A stretch of DNA of 64,000 nt from Escherichia coli (GTDB taxonomy: Bacteria > Pseudomonadota > Gammaproteobacteria > Enterobacterales > Enterobacteriaceae). The stretch lies in the NCBI RefSeq assembly GCF_003334335.1, contig NZ_QOWQ01000002.1. One strand, written 5' to 3'. Below are positions 11,777 to 22,152 of this stretch, one piece after another. The position numbers and the translations under genes are program-made. The notes below the pieces were generated by a model that worked only from the letters and a program-made list of their open reading frames with translations, had not been told where the DNA came from and ran no database searches. How positions within the stretch are numbered: the stretch's first letter is position 1; every line of letters begins with the position of its first letter.

Positions 11777-13243
11777 TTAAATTTTGAGGGTGTTTAATAG
11801 CGCCTGATGTGCGCCGAATTGTACGATTTGTTGCCAGGCTTGTTCGATGGCCTGCACAAAATGCGGGTTATCTGGCAGATCATCACCGAAAACTTCACGC
11901 AGGGAAAGCAGGGCGGTTACGCGTTGTTCACTGCTGCTGCCCGCAACAAGTTCGCGAATTTTATCGCTAAGCGGATCGCGAACATCAATGGCATTTCCGG
12001 CATCATCAACGCCGCTGACGTAACGCATCCAGCCTGCAACGCCTAATGCCAGCAACGACCAGTCCGTTTCGCGCCCCTGATGTATGCGAATACCTGCCAG
12101 CATGCGTTGCGGTAATTTCTGGCTGCCATCCATCGCGATTTGCCAGGTCTTATGTTTCAGCGCCGGATTAGCAAAACGTGCAATTAACTTATCCGCATAT
12201 TGTGTTAAATCGACATCTTTAATTTGCAGTGTCGGCGCTTGCTCATCCAGCATTAATGTTCTGGCGGCATGGCGAAATGCGCGATCCTGCATGCAATCAC
12301 TGATATGGGCGAATCCTGAGAGGTAACCCAGATAAGCGAGAAAAGAGTGGCTGCCATTAAGCATCCGCAGTTTCATCTCTTCCCATGGCAGGACATCATT
12401 CACCATTTGTACACCTGCGACTTCCCAGGCAGGACGCCCAGCGACGAAGTTATCTTCCACCACCCACTGGATAAACGGTTCGCAGCTAATCGCGCAGGGA
12501 TCATTCACCCCCAGATGCTGGCTGATTTCCACCAGTGATTCGTCGGTTGCAGCCGGAACAATGCGGTCGACCATGGTTCCCGGAAAACTGACGTGCTCTT
12601 TTATCCACCCGGCGAGTTCTGGCGAACGTTTTTCTGCCATTCCCAGCACCGCGTTTTTCACCACATGACCATTGTCGGGAATATTGTCGCAGGAGAGCAC
12701 GGTAAACGGTGTAAGGCCGCGCTCACGGCGGCGTTTCAGTGCTTCGACGAGAATACCCGGTGCGGAGTGAGGTTCTTCAGGGGTTTGTAGATCGTGAATA
12801 ATCCGCGGATTACTGGTGTCGAGTGCACCGGTGGCCGGGTCAATACAATAGCCTTTTTCGGTAATCGTCAGGGAAACAATTGCCACCTGTGGCTCGCAAA
12901 ATTTCTCAATAATTGCCGCTAAGGAATCCAGTTTTGCATTAAGGCATTCGTGAACGGCACCGACAATTATCACCTGATTGCCGTCCGCACCTTTCTCCAG
13001 CACGGTATATAAATGGTTCTGTGCGCGGAGCTGGCTCATCAGTTGATCACCGCTGAACAAGCTGATTTCACAGATCCCCCAGTCGCCGCCCTGGGCATTC
13101 AGCACACGATCGGTCAGTAACGCCTGATGAGCGCGGTGAAAGGCTCCAAAGCCAAAATGAACGATACGTGATTGCAACTGCTGGCGATCATAGCGTGGAG
13201 CGTGTACATGATGCGGGAGCGTAACGGAGGCGATTGTATTCAT
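11777..13243 (-). CDS. yeiQ: Mannitol/fructuronate dehydrogenase-family NAD-dependent oxidoreductase
   Basis: About 488-aa ORF with N-terminal Rossmann motif (HFGFGAFHRAHQA); exact start uncertain by 3 codons. Confidence 0.85.
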   Translation of the reverse strand: MNTIASVTLPHHVHAPRYDRQQLQSRIVHFGFGAFHRAHQALLTDRVLNAQGGDWGICEISLFSGDQLMSQLRAQNHLYTVLEKGADGNQVIIVGAVHECLNAKLDSLAAIIEKFCEPQVAIVSLTITEKGYCIDPATGALDTSNPRIIHDLQTPEEPHSAPGILVEALKRRRERGLTPFTVLSCDNIPDNGHVVKNAVLGMAEKRSPELAGWIKEHVSFPGTMVDRIVPAATDESLVEISQHLGVNDPCAISCEPFIQWVVEDNFVAGRPAWEVAGVQMVNDVLPWEEMKLRMLNGSHSFLAYLGYLSGFAHISDCMQDRAFRHAARTLMLDEQAPTLQIKDVDLTQYADKLIARFANPALKHKTWQIAMDGSQKLPQRMLAGIRIHQGRETDWSLLALGVAGWMRYVSGVDDAGNAIDVRDPLSDKIRELVAGSSSEQRVTALLSLREVFGDDLPDNPHFVQAIEQAWQQIVQFGAHQALLNTLKI

Positions 13244-13465
13244 AGGAGTCACGTCTTAGTAACGATTAATTAACAACGACAGTGTAAAGTTATATGACAG
13301 CAATTGAAATTGGTCTGGATTGTTAATGCGATGAAGTGTGAGGGCGATCAATCAACGAGTGAAAATTGAGGGCGTAAGGTGTTCAGGAAGCGCAAAATAG
13401 AAGATTGGTATAATAAATTAAAAAAGGGACAGCCTGAGCTATCCCTTTTCTGCATGCGGCTGAAG

Positions 13466-14038
13466 TTAGTCAGCACGCCCCATATAACGGCGTTCTTCGA
13501 TATGGATACGAATTTTTTCGCCCGGGCTTAAGTATTCTGGTACCTGAATCACCAGACCAGTGCTCAATGTCGCCGGTTTGTTACGGGCGCTGGCAGATGC
13601 CCCTTTGATGCCTGGTGCGGTTTCAACGATTTCCAGATCAACGGTCTGCGGCAGCTCAAGCGCCAGCAGTTGACCGTCCCAGGTCAGCACCTGCATGTCC
13701 GGCATGCCGCCCTCTGGCATAAACAGCAACTCTTCTTCAATCTGATCTTTGGTGAAGGTATACGGGGTATAGTCTTCTTTATCCATAAAGACATATTCGT
13801 TGCCATCGACATAGGAGAAGTCAACGTAACGGCGGGTCAGCGTCACGGTGTCAACGATATCATCACCTTTGAAACGCTCTTCTACTTTCAGCCCGGTACG
13901 GACATCAGAAAAACGCATTTTGTACAGCGTAGCGGCACCGCGGGCAGTGGGCGACTGAATATCAATATCCTTAACCAGCAGCAGTTTGCCGTTGTAATTC
14001 AGTACCATACCTTTTTTAATTTCGTTCGCTCTTGGCAT
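13466..14038 (-). CDS. yeiP: Elongation factor P-like protein
   Basis: 190-aa product from internal Met ([15 protein letters not shown]); the 275-aa ORF-track version is an upstream in-frame over-extension. Confidence 0.9.
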
Positions 14039-14192
14039 CGAAAAATTCCTGTAGTCGAAAATGTCAAAAATATCGCGACAAAGTACTCGCGACGGGCCTT
14101 TCGGGCAAGTGGTATTCGCACTTTTGCTGGTGCAAAAAAGGTGGTACTGTGCGCGCTCATCAATCCGGTGGTTAACCTTAAGAGAACAACGT

Positions 14193-14447
14193 ATGGAATG
14201 CCGTCCGGGTTGCGGGGCGTGTTGCACTGCCCCTTCAATTTCCAGCCCTATTCCCGGTATGCCAGATGGCAAGCCCGCCAATACGCCCTGCATTCAGCTT
14301 GATGAACAGCAACGCTGTAAAATTTTCACCTCGCCACTGCGACCGAAAGTCTGTGCAGGCTTACAAGCCAGCGCTGAAATGTGCGGTAACTCGCGTCAGC
14401 AGGCCATGACCTGGCTTATCGATCTGGAAATGCTGACCGCGCCTTAA
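14193..14447 (+). CDS. yeiW: Small Cys-rich protein, UPF0153 family (84 aa)
   Basis: Start at [11 protein letters not shown] inside ORF 14061..14447; Cys-cluster motif; divergent from yeiP. Confidence 0.8.
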
Positions 14448-15625
14448 ACATCTTTAATCCGCAGTAAGCAAAACAGAGTGGCGATAATCATCACCATCGC
14501 AAACCAGAACACAGCGTGATAATTCCAGATCTCGGCGACGATGCCCGCCACTGATCCTGCGATGATCCAGCCCACGCGCGAAGTGTTGGTATAGAGCGTG
14601 GTGGCTGAACCCGCCTGACCGGGCATCAGATCCTGAAAATAGAGCATCCCGATGCCGCCCAGAATGCCAATAAAAATAGCATTTAGCAGCTGCAAGCCCA
14701 ACAGAATGACAGGTGAATGCGCCATCAGCATTCCTGCGTAAAAACAGACGCCACCCACGGCAGCAACGCGCATTAAGAAACGCTTACCCAGACGTTTGGC
14801 GAAATATCCGGCAATCAACATCGTCGGGATTTCCAGCCCGGCGGCGGTCCCCATCATCACACCGGCCAGTTTCTCGGGAAGATGCAGTTCGTTGATAATA
14901 AATAGCGGCATGTTGATGATGTACAGGCTGTTCGAGCCCCACATCAATGTACAAATGACAAACAGCAGCAGCGTATCGCGACGGTTACGGCGCGGCGCTT
15001 CGATCGTGCCGGTCGCCAGCGGAAGCTCTTTTTGCATCGACGGTAAAAACAGCCACACCATCACACCGCAAACAATAAACGCTACCGCTGCGCTCAGATA
15101 CATTACCGTAAAGCTGAAACCCATCGCTAAGGCATAAGCCAGCGGTGGGCCAATGACCCATGCCAGTGAAACCTGAGCGCGTAAAAAAGAGCTGAACATC
15201 ACCGCCTCACGTCCGGTTTTGTCGGCATGTTCACGGGCAAGGGCAAACATTTGCGGGTTAGCGGTCGAGCCAAAGCTGCTAAGAAAGACGCCAACGAATA
15301 GCAAAACAAAGTAGTTGCGATTCCAGGCAAAAAGGGTGCAGGCCAGCACGCCTAACAGGCAGCAAAAGACAATCAGCGATTTGCGATCGCCGCGCTTATC
15401 AGAGCGCCCGGCGAGAAACTGACTTACCAGAATCCCAATGACAGCGCTGCCGGTAAAGAAGAATCCCACCATCGCCGGACGGGCATGTACTTCATCGGTA
15501 AGAAAAATACTGAGTGTCGGGGTTTGCAGAGCGCCCGCAATACCGGTGAGAAAGGCAACGATTAAAAACGCCGTCGAGGTCAGGTCAAACGATTTCGCGC
15601 TGGAGACTGCGGGGGAGTTATGCAT
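14444..15625 (-). CDS. setB: Sugar efflux transporter B, MFS
   Basis: 393-aa 12-TM MFS-like ORF; adjacent to the fru operon as in K-12. Confidence 0.9.
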
Positions 15626-15890
15626 GCTGGTCGATCACTGGAAGAGGAAGACGCGGAGTTTACGCTGCTTGTCAGAAAATAAACAGACAGCGAAATCAAA
15701 AGCGCCACGAATAGTCAAAATGCCATTTCACTGTTGCTGATTGGCTGCTGACGCTGCTGAAATGAAATTGCTGATAACGGATTTTCCCATCAGCAATTAG
15801 GAAAAATGGCAAAAAATTGTGCAGCACATCAAACTTTTGCTCATAACTTTACGGCTTTCCTTGCGTGCTGAAACAGAAGTATTATGCTTT

Positions 15891-15906
15891 CTTGAAACGT
15901 TTCAGC
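15891..15906. promoter_or_regulatory. Cra (FruR) operator in the fruB promoter
   Basis: cttgaaacgtttcagc contains the perfect palindrome TGAAAC|GTTTCA matching the Cra consensus. Confidence 0.8.
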
Positions 15907-15957
15907 GCGATCTTGTCTTTAACCCTAAGCCAGGTTGGCGCTTTTTTTCTCATAGAG

Positions 15958-15978
15958 GCTGAATCGTTTCAATTCAGC
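15958..15978. promoter_or_regulatory. Second Cra (FruR) operator, promoter-proximal, in front of fruB
   Basis: gctgaatcgtttcaattcagc, a one-mismatch version of the Cra palindrome 15 nt upstream of the fruB start codon. Confidence 0.75.
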
Positions 15979-15992
15979 AAGAGAGGAGAACT

Positions 15993-17123
15993 ATGTTCCA
16001 GTTATCCGTACAGGACATCCATCCGGGCGAAAAGGCCGGAGACAAAGAAGAGGCGATTCGCCAGGTCGCTGCGGCGCTGGTGCAGGCCGGTAATGTAGCA
16101 GAAGGCTACGTCAATGGCATGCTGGCGCGCGAACAGCAAACCTCAACGTTCCTCGGCAATGGTATTGCTATTCCACACGGCACTACCGACACCCGCGATC
16201 AGGTGCTGAAAACCGGCGTTCAGGTATTTCAGTTCCCGGAAGGCGTCACCTGGGGTGACGGTCAGGTAGCGTACGTGGCAATCGGTATTGCTGCCAGCTC
16301 GGATGAACATCTGGGCCTGCTACGCCAGCTGACCCACGTACTGAGCGATGATTCCGTTGCTGAACAACTGAAGTCAGCAACAACAGCAGAAGAACTTCGC
16401 GCATTACTGATGGGCGAAAAGCAGAGTGAGCAGCTGAAGCTCGACAACGAAATGCTGACACTGGATATCGTCGCCAGCGATCTGCTGACTCTTCAGGCGC
16501 TGAACGCTGCGCGTCTGAAAGAGGCGGGGGCAGTTGACGCCACTTTCGTCACCAAAGCCATCAATGAACAACCGCTGAATCTCGGACAGGGTATCTGGCT
16601 GAGCGATAGCGCCGAAGGCAATCTGCGTAGCGCGATTGCGGTAAGCCGTGCGGCAAATGCTTTTGATGTGGACGGCGAAACGGCAGCCATGCTGGTGAGT
16701 GTGGCGATGAATGACGATCAGCCCATCGCGGTTCTTAAGCGTCTCGCTGATTTATTGCTCGACAATAAAGCTGACCGCTTGCTGAAAGCGGATGCGGCAA
16801 CGTTGCTGGCGCTGCTGACCAGCGATGATGCGCCGACCGACGACGTGTTAAGCGCGGAGTTTGTGGTGCGCAATGAACACGGCCTGCATGCTCGTCCAGG
16901 TACCATGCTGGTCAATACCATTAAACAATTTAACAGTGATATTACCGTGACAAACCTTGATGGTACCGGCAAACCGGCAAACGGACGTAGTCTGATGAAA
17001 GTTGTGGCACTTGGCGTTAAGAAAGGTCATCGCCTACGCTTTACCGCCCAGGGTGCAGATGCTGAACAGGCGCTGAAAGCAATCGGCGACGCTATCGCTG
17101 CTGGTCTTGGGGAGGGCGCATAA
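15993..17123 (+). CDS. fruB: Fructose PTS multiphosphoryl transfer protein (IIA-FPr)
   Basis: 376-aa ORF; Cra operators and an RBS upstream; overlaps fruK start (ATGA). Confidence 0.95.
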
Positions 17124-18061
17124 TGAGCAGACGTGTTGCTACTATCACCCTTAATCCGGCTTATGACCTTGTTGGTTTCTGCCCGGAAATTGAACGCGGC
17201 GAAGTGAACCTGGTGAAAACCACCGGTCTGCATGCGGCGGGTAAAGGCATCAACGTGGCCAAAGTATTAAAAGACCTGGGAATTGATGTCACCGTTGGCG
17301 GCTTCCTGGGTAAAGACAATCAGGATGGTTTTCAGCAACTGTTCAGCGAGCTGGGCATTGCCAACCGTTTCCAGGTTGTACAGGGGCGCACCCGAATTAA
17401 CGTTAAGCTGACGGAAAAAGACGGCGAAGTGACCGACTTCAACTTCTCGGGTTTTGAAGTCACCCCCGCCGACTGGGAACGCTTTGTGACTGATTCTCTG
17501 AGCTGGCTCGGTCAGTTCGATATGGTCTGTGTCAGCGGAAGCTTACCGTCAGGCGTCAGCCCGGAAGCGTTCACCGACTGGATGACTCGCCTGCGTAGTC
17601 AGTGTCCTTGCATTATCTTTGATAGTAGCCGTGAAGCGTTAGTAGCAGGTTTGAAAGCGGCACCGTGGCTGGTGAAACCTAACCGCCGCGAGCTGGAAAT
17701 CTGGGCAGGCCGTAAACTGCCTGAAATGAAAGATGTGATTGAAGCTGCACATGCGCTACGTGAACAAGGCATCGCGCATGTTGTTATTTCACTGGGTGCC
17801 GAAGGCGCGCTTTGGGTTAATGCCTCCGGCGAATGGATCGCCAAACCACCGTCAGTCGATGTCGTAAGCACCGTTGGCGCAGGGGATTCTATGGTTGGTG
17901 GCCTGATTTATGGCTTGCTGATGCGTGAATCCAGTGAACACACACTGCGTCTGGCGACAGCTGTTGCAGCCCTGGCGGTAAGTCAAAGCAATGTGGGTAT
18001 TACCGATCGTCCGCAGTTGGCCGCAATGATGGCGCGCGTCGACTTACAACCTTTTAACTGA
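17123..18061 (+). CDS. fruK: 1-phosphofructokinase, PfkB family
   Basis: 312-aa ORF with PfkB motifs (GKGINVA..., GAGDSMVGG). Confidence 0.95.
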   Translation: MSRRVATITLNPAYDLVGFCPEIERGEVNLVKTTGLHAAGKGINVAKVLKDLGIDVTVGGFLGKDNQDGFQQLFSELGIANRFQVVQGRTRINVKLTEKDGEVTDFNFSGFEVTPADWERFVTDSLSWLGQFDMVCVSGSLPSGVSPEAFTDWMTRLRSQCPCIIFDSSREALVAGLKAAPWLVKPNRRELEIWAGRKLPEMKDVIEAAHALREQGIAHVVISLGAEGALWVNASGEWIAKPPSVDVVSTVGAGDSMVGGLIYGLLMRESSEHTLRLATAVAALAVSQSNVGITDRPQLAAMMARVDLQPFN

Positions 18062-18077
18062 CAGCAGGAGAGGCATA

Positions 18078-19769
18078 ATGAAAACGCTGCTGATTATTGA
18101 CGCTAATCTCGGTCAGGCACGCGCCTATATGGCGAAGACCCTGCTGGGCGCGGCGGCGCGAAAAGCAAAACTGGAAATCATCGACAATCCGAACGACGCT
18201 GAAATGGCGATTGTTCTCGGTGATTCCATCCCGAACGACAGCGCGCTGAACGGTAAAAATGTCTGGCTGGGCGATATTTCCCGGGCAGTTGCGCACCCTG
18301 AGCTGTTCCTGAGTGAAGCCAAAGGCCATGCGAAACCTTACACTGCGCCGGTCGCTGCGACAGCACCAGTTGCCGCCAGCGGTCCGAAACGCGTAGTTGC
18401 GGTGACTGCTTGCCCGACTGGCGTAGCACACACCTTTATGGCGGCTGAAGCCATTGAAACCGAAGCGAAAAAACGTGGCTGGTGGGTGAAAGTTGAAACC
18501 CGTGGTTCTGTTGGCGCGGGTAATGCAATCACTCCCGAAGAAGTCGCAGCAGCGGATCTGGTGATTGTGGCGGCAGATATCGAAGTGGATCTGGCGAAAT
18601 TTGCTGGTAAACCGATGTATCGTACCTCTACCGGTCTGGCGCTGAAGAAAACCGCGCAGGAACTGGATAAAGCGGTTGCTGAAGCAACGCCGTATGAACC
18701 GGCGGGCAAAGCTCAAACGGCGACCACTGAAAGTAAGAAAGAGAGTGCAGGCGCATACCGTCACTTGCTGACGGGCGTTTCTTACATGCTGCCGATGGTC
18801 GTTGCAGGTGGTCTGTGTATCGCGCTTTCTTTTGCTTTTGGTATCGAAGCGTTTAAAGAGCCGGGTACGTTGGCTGCGGCGCTGATGCAGATTGGTGGTG
18901 GTTCAGCCTTTGCGCTGATGGTGCCGGTACTGGCAGGTTATATTGCCTTTTCCATTGCCGATCGTCCGGGCCTCACTCCGGGTCTGATTGGCGGTATGCT
19001 GGCGGTCAGCACCGGTTCTGGCTTCATTGGTGGTATTATTGCGGGCTTCCTGGCTGGTTACATTGCGAAGTTAATCAGTACGCAATTGAAACTGCCACAG
19101 AGTATGGAGGCGCTGAAACCGATCCTGATCATTCCGCTAATTTCCAGTCTGGTGGTCGGTCTGGCGATGATCTACCTGATCGGTAAACCAGTTGCTGGCA
19201 TTCTCGAAGGGCTGACTCACTGGCTGCAGACCATGGGGACTGCGAATGCGGTTCTGCTGGGGGCGATCCTCGGTGGCATGATGTGTACTGACATGGGCGG
19301 TCCGGTAAACAAAGCAGCGTACGCATTCGGTGTGGGTCTGCTGAGTACTCAAACCTATGGCCCGATGGCGGCGATTATGGCGGCAGGTATGGTGCCACCG
19401 CTGGCAATGGGTCTGGCAACAATGGTGGCGCGTCGCAAATTCGACAAAGCGCAGCAGGAAGGTGGCAAAGCCGCTCTGGTATTGGGACTGTGCTTCATTT
19501 CGGAAGGTGCAATTCCGTTTGCTGCTCGTGATCCGATGCGTGTGCTGCCGTGCTGTATCGTGGGTGGGGCGCTGACTGGCGCAATCTCAATGGCGATTGG
19601 TGCGAAACTGATGGCACCGCACGGTGGTCTGTTTGTTCTGCTGATCCCTGGCGCTATTACGCCGGTATTGGGTTACCTAGTAGCAATTATTGCCGGTACG
19701 CTGGTGGCGGGTTTGGCCTATGCCTTCCTGAAACGTCCGGAAGTGGACGCAGTAGCGAAAGCAGCGTAA
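18078..19769 (+). CDS. fruA: Fructose-specific PTS IIB'BC component
   Basis: 563-aa ORF with IIB Cys motif (VTACPTGVAHTFMAAE) and polytopic IIC domain; terminator downstream. Confidence 0.95.
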   Translation: MKTLLIIDANLGQARAYMAKTLLGAAARKAKLEIIDNPNDAEMAIVLGDSIPNDSALNGKNVWLGDISRAVAHPELFLSEAKGHAKPYTAPVAATAPVAASGPKRVVAVTACPTGVAHTFMAAEAIETEAKKRGWWVKVETRGSVGAGNAITPEEVAAADLVIVAADIEVDLAKFAGKPMYRTSTGLALKKTAQELDKAVAEATPYEPAGKAQTATTESKKESAGAYRHLLTGVSYMLPMVVAGGLCIALSFAFGIEAFKEPGTLAAALMQIGGGSAFALMVPVLAGYIAFSIADRPGLTPGLIGGMLAVSTGSGFIGGIIAGFLAGYIAKLISTQLKLPQSMEALKPILIIPLISSLVVGLAMIYLIGKPVAGILEGLTHWLQTMGTANAVLLGAILGGMMCTDMGGPVNKAAYAFGVGLLSTQTYGPMAAIMAAGMVPPLAMGLATMVARRKFDKAQQEGGKAALVLGLCFISEGAIPFAARDPMRVLPCCIVGGALTGAISMAIGAKLMAPHGGLFVLLIPGAITPVLGYLVAIIAGTLVAGLAYAFLKRPEVDAVAKAA

Positions 19770-19926
19770 TAAAAGGTGTGTTACAGGGCAGAAATTTCCT
19801 GTCCTGTAACATTTGATGAGCGCAAAGAGAATGACCGGTTTGTGAATGTAATTTTATGAATTTAAATGGTTTTATCTTTCAGTAGAAACTTCAAACGTTC
19901 ATCAAACACTCAGGTTATTTCCTCAA

Positions 19927-19955
19927 GGGCAGATTATTTTCTGCCCTTTTTTATT
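19927..19955 (+). terminator. Rho-independent terminator of the fruBKA operon
   Basis: gggcag / ctgccc stem followed by a 9-nt T run. Confidence 0.85.
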
Positions 19956-20191
19956 GTTCTGTTCTGTGCATCCCGTCACAAATTCCTCGCTTTTGTAATT
20001 CAGGCATTTAATCGCATTTTGTGAGCCTGCTCAAATCTGCCCATTTTGCCTCTCTGGCGGTAATTTACTTTACGTAAAACATGCATACTATGAGCACATG
20101 TTTAAATATGAACACATGTTTAAACCGTCTTTGCAGTATCTATATTCTTGTGGATTGACAGGGTTGGTAATTTTTTACCAGAGGACGTGCT

Positions 20192-21133
20192 ATGCGCGAA
20201 AAGGATTATGTCGTAATTATAGGTTCGGCGAATATTGATGTCGCCGGATATTCACATGAATCATTAAATTATGCGGATTCAAATCCAGGTAAAATAAAAT
20301 TTACGCCTGGTGGAGTAGGGCGCAATATTGCACAAAACCTGGCGTTGCTGGGTAACAAAGCCTGGCTACTGAGCGCCGTAGGCAGTGATTTTTATGGTCA
20401 ATCGCTGCTAACGCAAACCAATCAATCTGGCGTTTATGTCGATAAATGCCTGATTGTGCCGGGAGAAAATACGTCGAGTTATTTATCATTACTCGATAAT
20501 ACCGGTGAAATGCTGGTTGCTATAAATGACATGAATATTAGCAACGCTATTACAGCTGAATATCTCGCACAGCACGGTGAATTTATTCAGAGGGCAAAGG
20601 TCATTGTCGCGGACTGTAATATCAGTGAAGAGGCACTGGCATGGATTCTGGATAATGCCGCCAACGTACCCGTATTTGTCGATCCGGTTTCGGCATGGAA
20701 ATGTGTCAAAGTGCGCGACCGTCTAAATCAGATCCACACTCTCAAGCCAAACCGCCTTGAAGCGGAAACCCTGAGTGGGATTGCGCTGTCAGGGCGTGAA
20801 GATGTGGCAAAAGTTGCTGCCTGGTTCCATCAACATGGCCTGAACCGACTGGTATTGAGCATGGGCGGCGACGGCGTTTATTACAGCGATATCAGCGGTG
20901 AAAGTGGCTGGTCTGCGCCGATCAAAACCAATGTTATTAATGTTACCGGAGCGGGCGATGCCATGATGGCGGGACTTGCTTCGTGTTGGGTAGACGGAAT
21001 GCCGTTTGCCGAATCTGTTCGTTTCGCACAGGGATGTTCGTCAATGGCGCTCTCCTGTGAATACACCAATAACCCCGATTTATCGATTGCCAACGTTATA
21101 TCGTTAGTGGAGAACGCAGAATGTCTGAATTAA
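20192..21133 (+). CDS. psuK: Pseudouridine kinase, PfkB family
   Basis: 313-aa PfkB-type kinase ORF; overlaps psuG start by 13 nt. Confidence 0.9.
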   Translation: MREKDYVVIIGSANIDVAGYSHESLNYADSNPGKIKFTPGGVGRNIAQNLALLGNKAWLLSAVGSDFYGQSLLTQTNQSGVYVDKCLIVPGENTSSYLSLLDNTGEMLVAINDMNISNAITAEYLAQHGEFIQRAKVIVADCNISEEALAWILDNAANVPVFVDPVSAWKCVKVRDRLNQIHTLKPNRLEAETLSGIALSGREDVAKVAAWFHQHGLNRLVLSMGGDGVYYSDISGESGWSAPIKTNVINVTGAGDAMMAGLASCWVDGMPFAESVRFAQGCSSMALSCEYTNNPDLSIANVISLVENAECLN

Positions 21134-22059
21134 AAATTTCCCCTGAATTATTACAAATTTCCCCGGAAGTGCAGGACGCTTTAAAAAACAAAAAACCGGT
21201 TGTGGCGCTGGAATCGACCATTATTTCTCACGGGATGCCGTTCCCACAAAATGCCCAGACCGCAATTGAAGTTGAAGAAACTATTCGTAAACAGGGCGCT
21301 GTACCTGCCACGATCGCCATTATTGGCGGCGTGATGAAAGTGGGGTTAAGCAAAGAAGAAATTGAATTACTGGGTCGTGAAGGGCATAACGTGACCAAAG
21401 TTAGTCGTCGCGATTTACCTTTTGTTGTTGCCGCCGGAAAAAATGGCGCAACCACTGTGGCTTCAACGATGATTATTGCGGCGCTTGCCGGAATTAAAGT
21501 ATTTGCCACCGGGGGAATTGGTGGTGTGCATCGCGGGGCGGAACATACCTTCGATATTTCTGCCGATTTGCAAGAACTGGCAAATACTAATGTCACCGTT
21601 GTTTGTGCCGGGGCGAAATCTATTCTCGATTTAGGATTAACCACTGAGTATTTAGAAACCTTCGGTGTGCCGTTAATTGGCTATCAGACTAAAGCGCTGC
21701 CTGCGTTTTTCTGCCGCACCAGCCCGTTTGACGTCAGCATTCGTCTCGACAGCGCCAGCGAAATTGCCCGTGCAATGGCGGTGAAATGGCAAAGCGGTCT
21801 GAACGGTGGCCTCGTGGTAGCGAACCCGATCCCGGAACAGTTTGCTATGCCGGAACACACTATCAATGCGGCGATCGATCAGGCGGTAGCTGAAGCTGAA
21901 GCTCAGGGAGTCATTGGTAAAGAAAGTACGCCATTCCTGCTGGCGCGCGTTGCTGAACTGACCGGCGGTGACAGCCTGAAATCCAACATCCAGCTGGTGT
22001 TCAACAACGCCATTCTGGCGAGCGAAATTGCCAAAGAATATCAGCGTCTCGCGGGTTAA
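21121..22059 (+). CDS. psuG: Pseudouridine-5'-phosphate glycosidase
   Basis: 312-aa ORF; operon position between psuK and psuT. Confidence 0.9.
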   Translation: MSELKISPELLQISPEVQDALKNKKPVVALESTIISHGMPFPQNAQTAIEVEETIRKQGAVPATIAIIGGVMKVGLSKEEIELLGREGHNVTKVSRRDLPFVVAAGKNGATTVASTMIIAALAGIKVFATGGIGGVHRGAEHTFDISADLQELANTNVTVVCAGAKSILDLGLTTEYLETFGVPLIGYQTKALPAFFCRTSPFDVSIRLDSASEIARAMAVKWQSGLNGGLVVANPIPEQFAMPEHTINAAIDQAVAEAEAQGVIGKESTPFLLARVAELTGGDSLKSNIQLVFNNAILASEIAKEYQRLAG

Positions 22060-22152
22060 TTTCTGACGGGCAGAAAGCCGTCGCCCGTACTCATCAAGCA
22101 TACCAAAACCTGGCGCTGACGCCGGGTTTACCGGCATGAAGGGAAAATCATT

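Noticed and set aside
14039-14293. N-terminal 85-codon extension of yeiP in the ORF track (275 aa)
   Set aside because: Extension has no similarity to EF-P-like proteins and would overlap the divergent yeiW gene; the internal Met gives the expected 190-aa product.
13670-14302. 210-aa plus-strand ORF antisense to yeiP
   Set aside because: Overlaps the conserved yeiP coding region on the opposite strand and runs into yeiW in a different frame; no independent support.
18054-18764. 236-aa minus-strand ORF antisense to fruA
   Set aside because: Cys/Arg/Phe-rich low-complexity translation lying entirely inside the strongly conserved fruA frame; typical antisense artefact of a GC-rich coding region.
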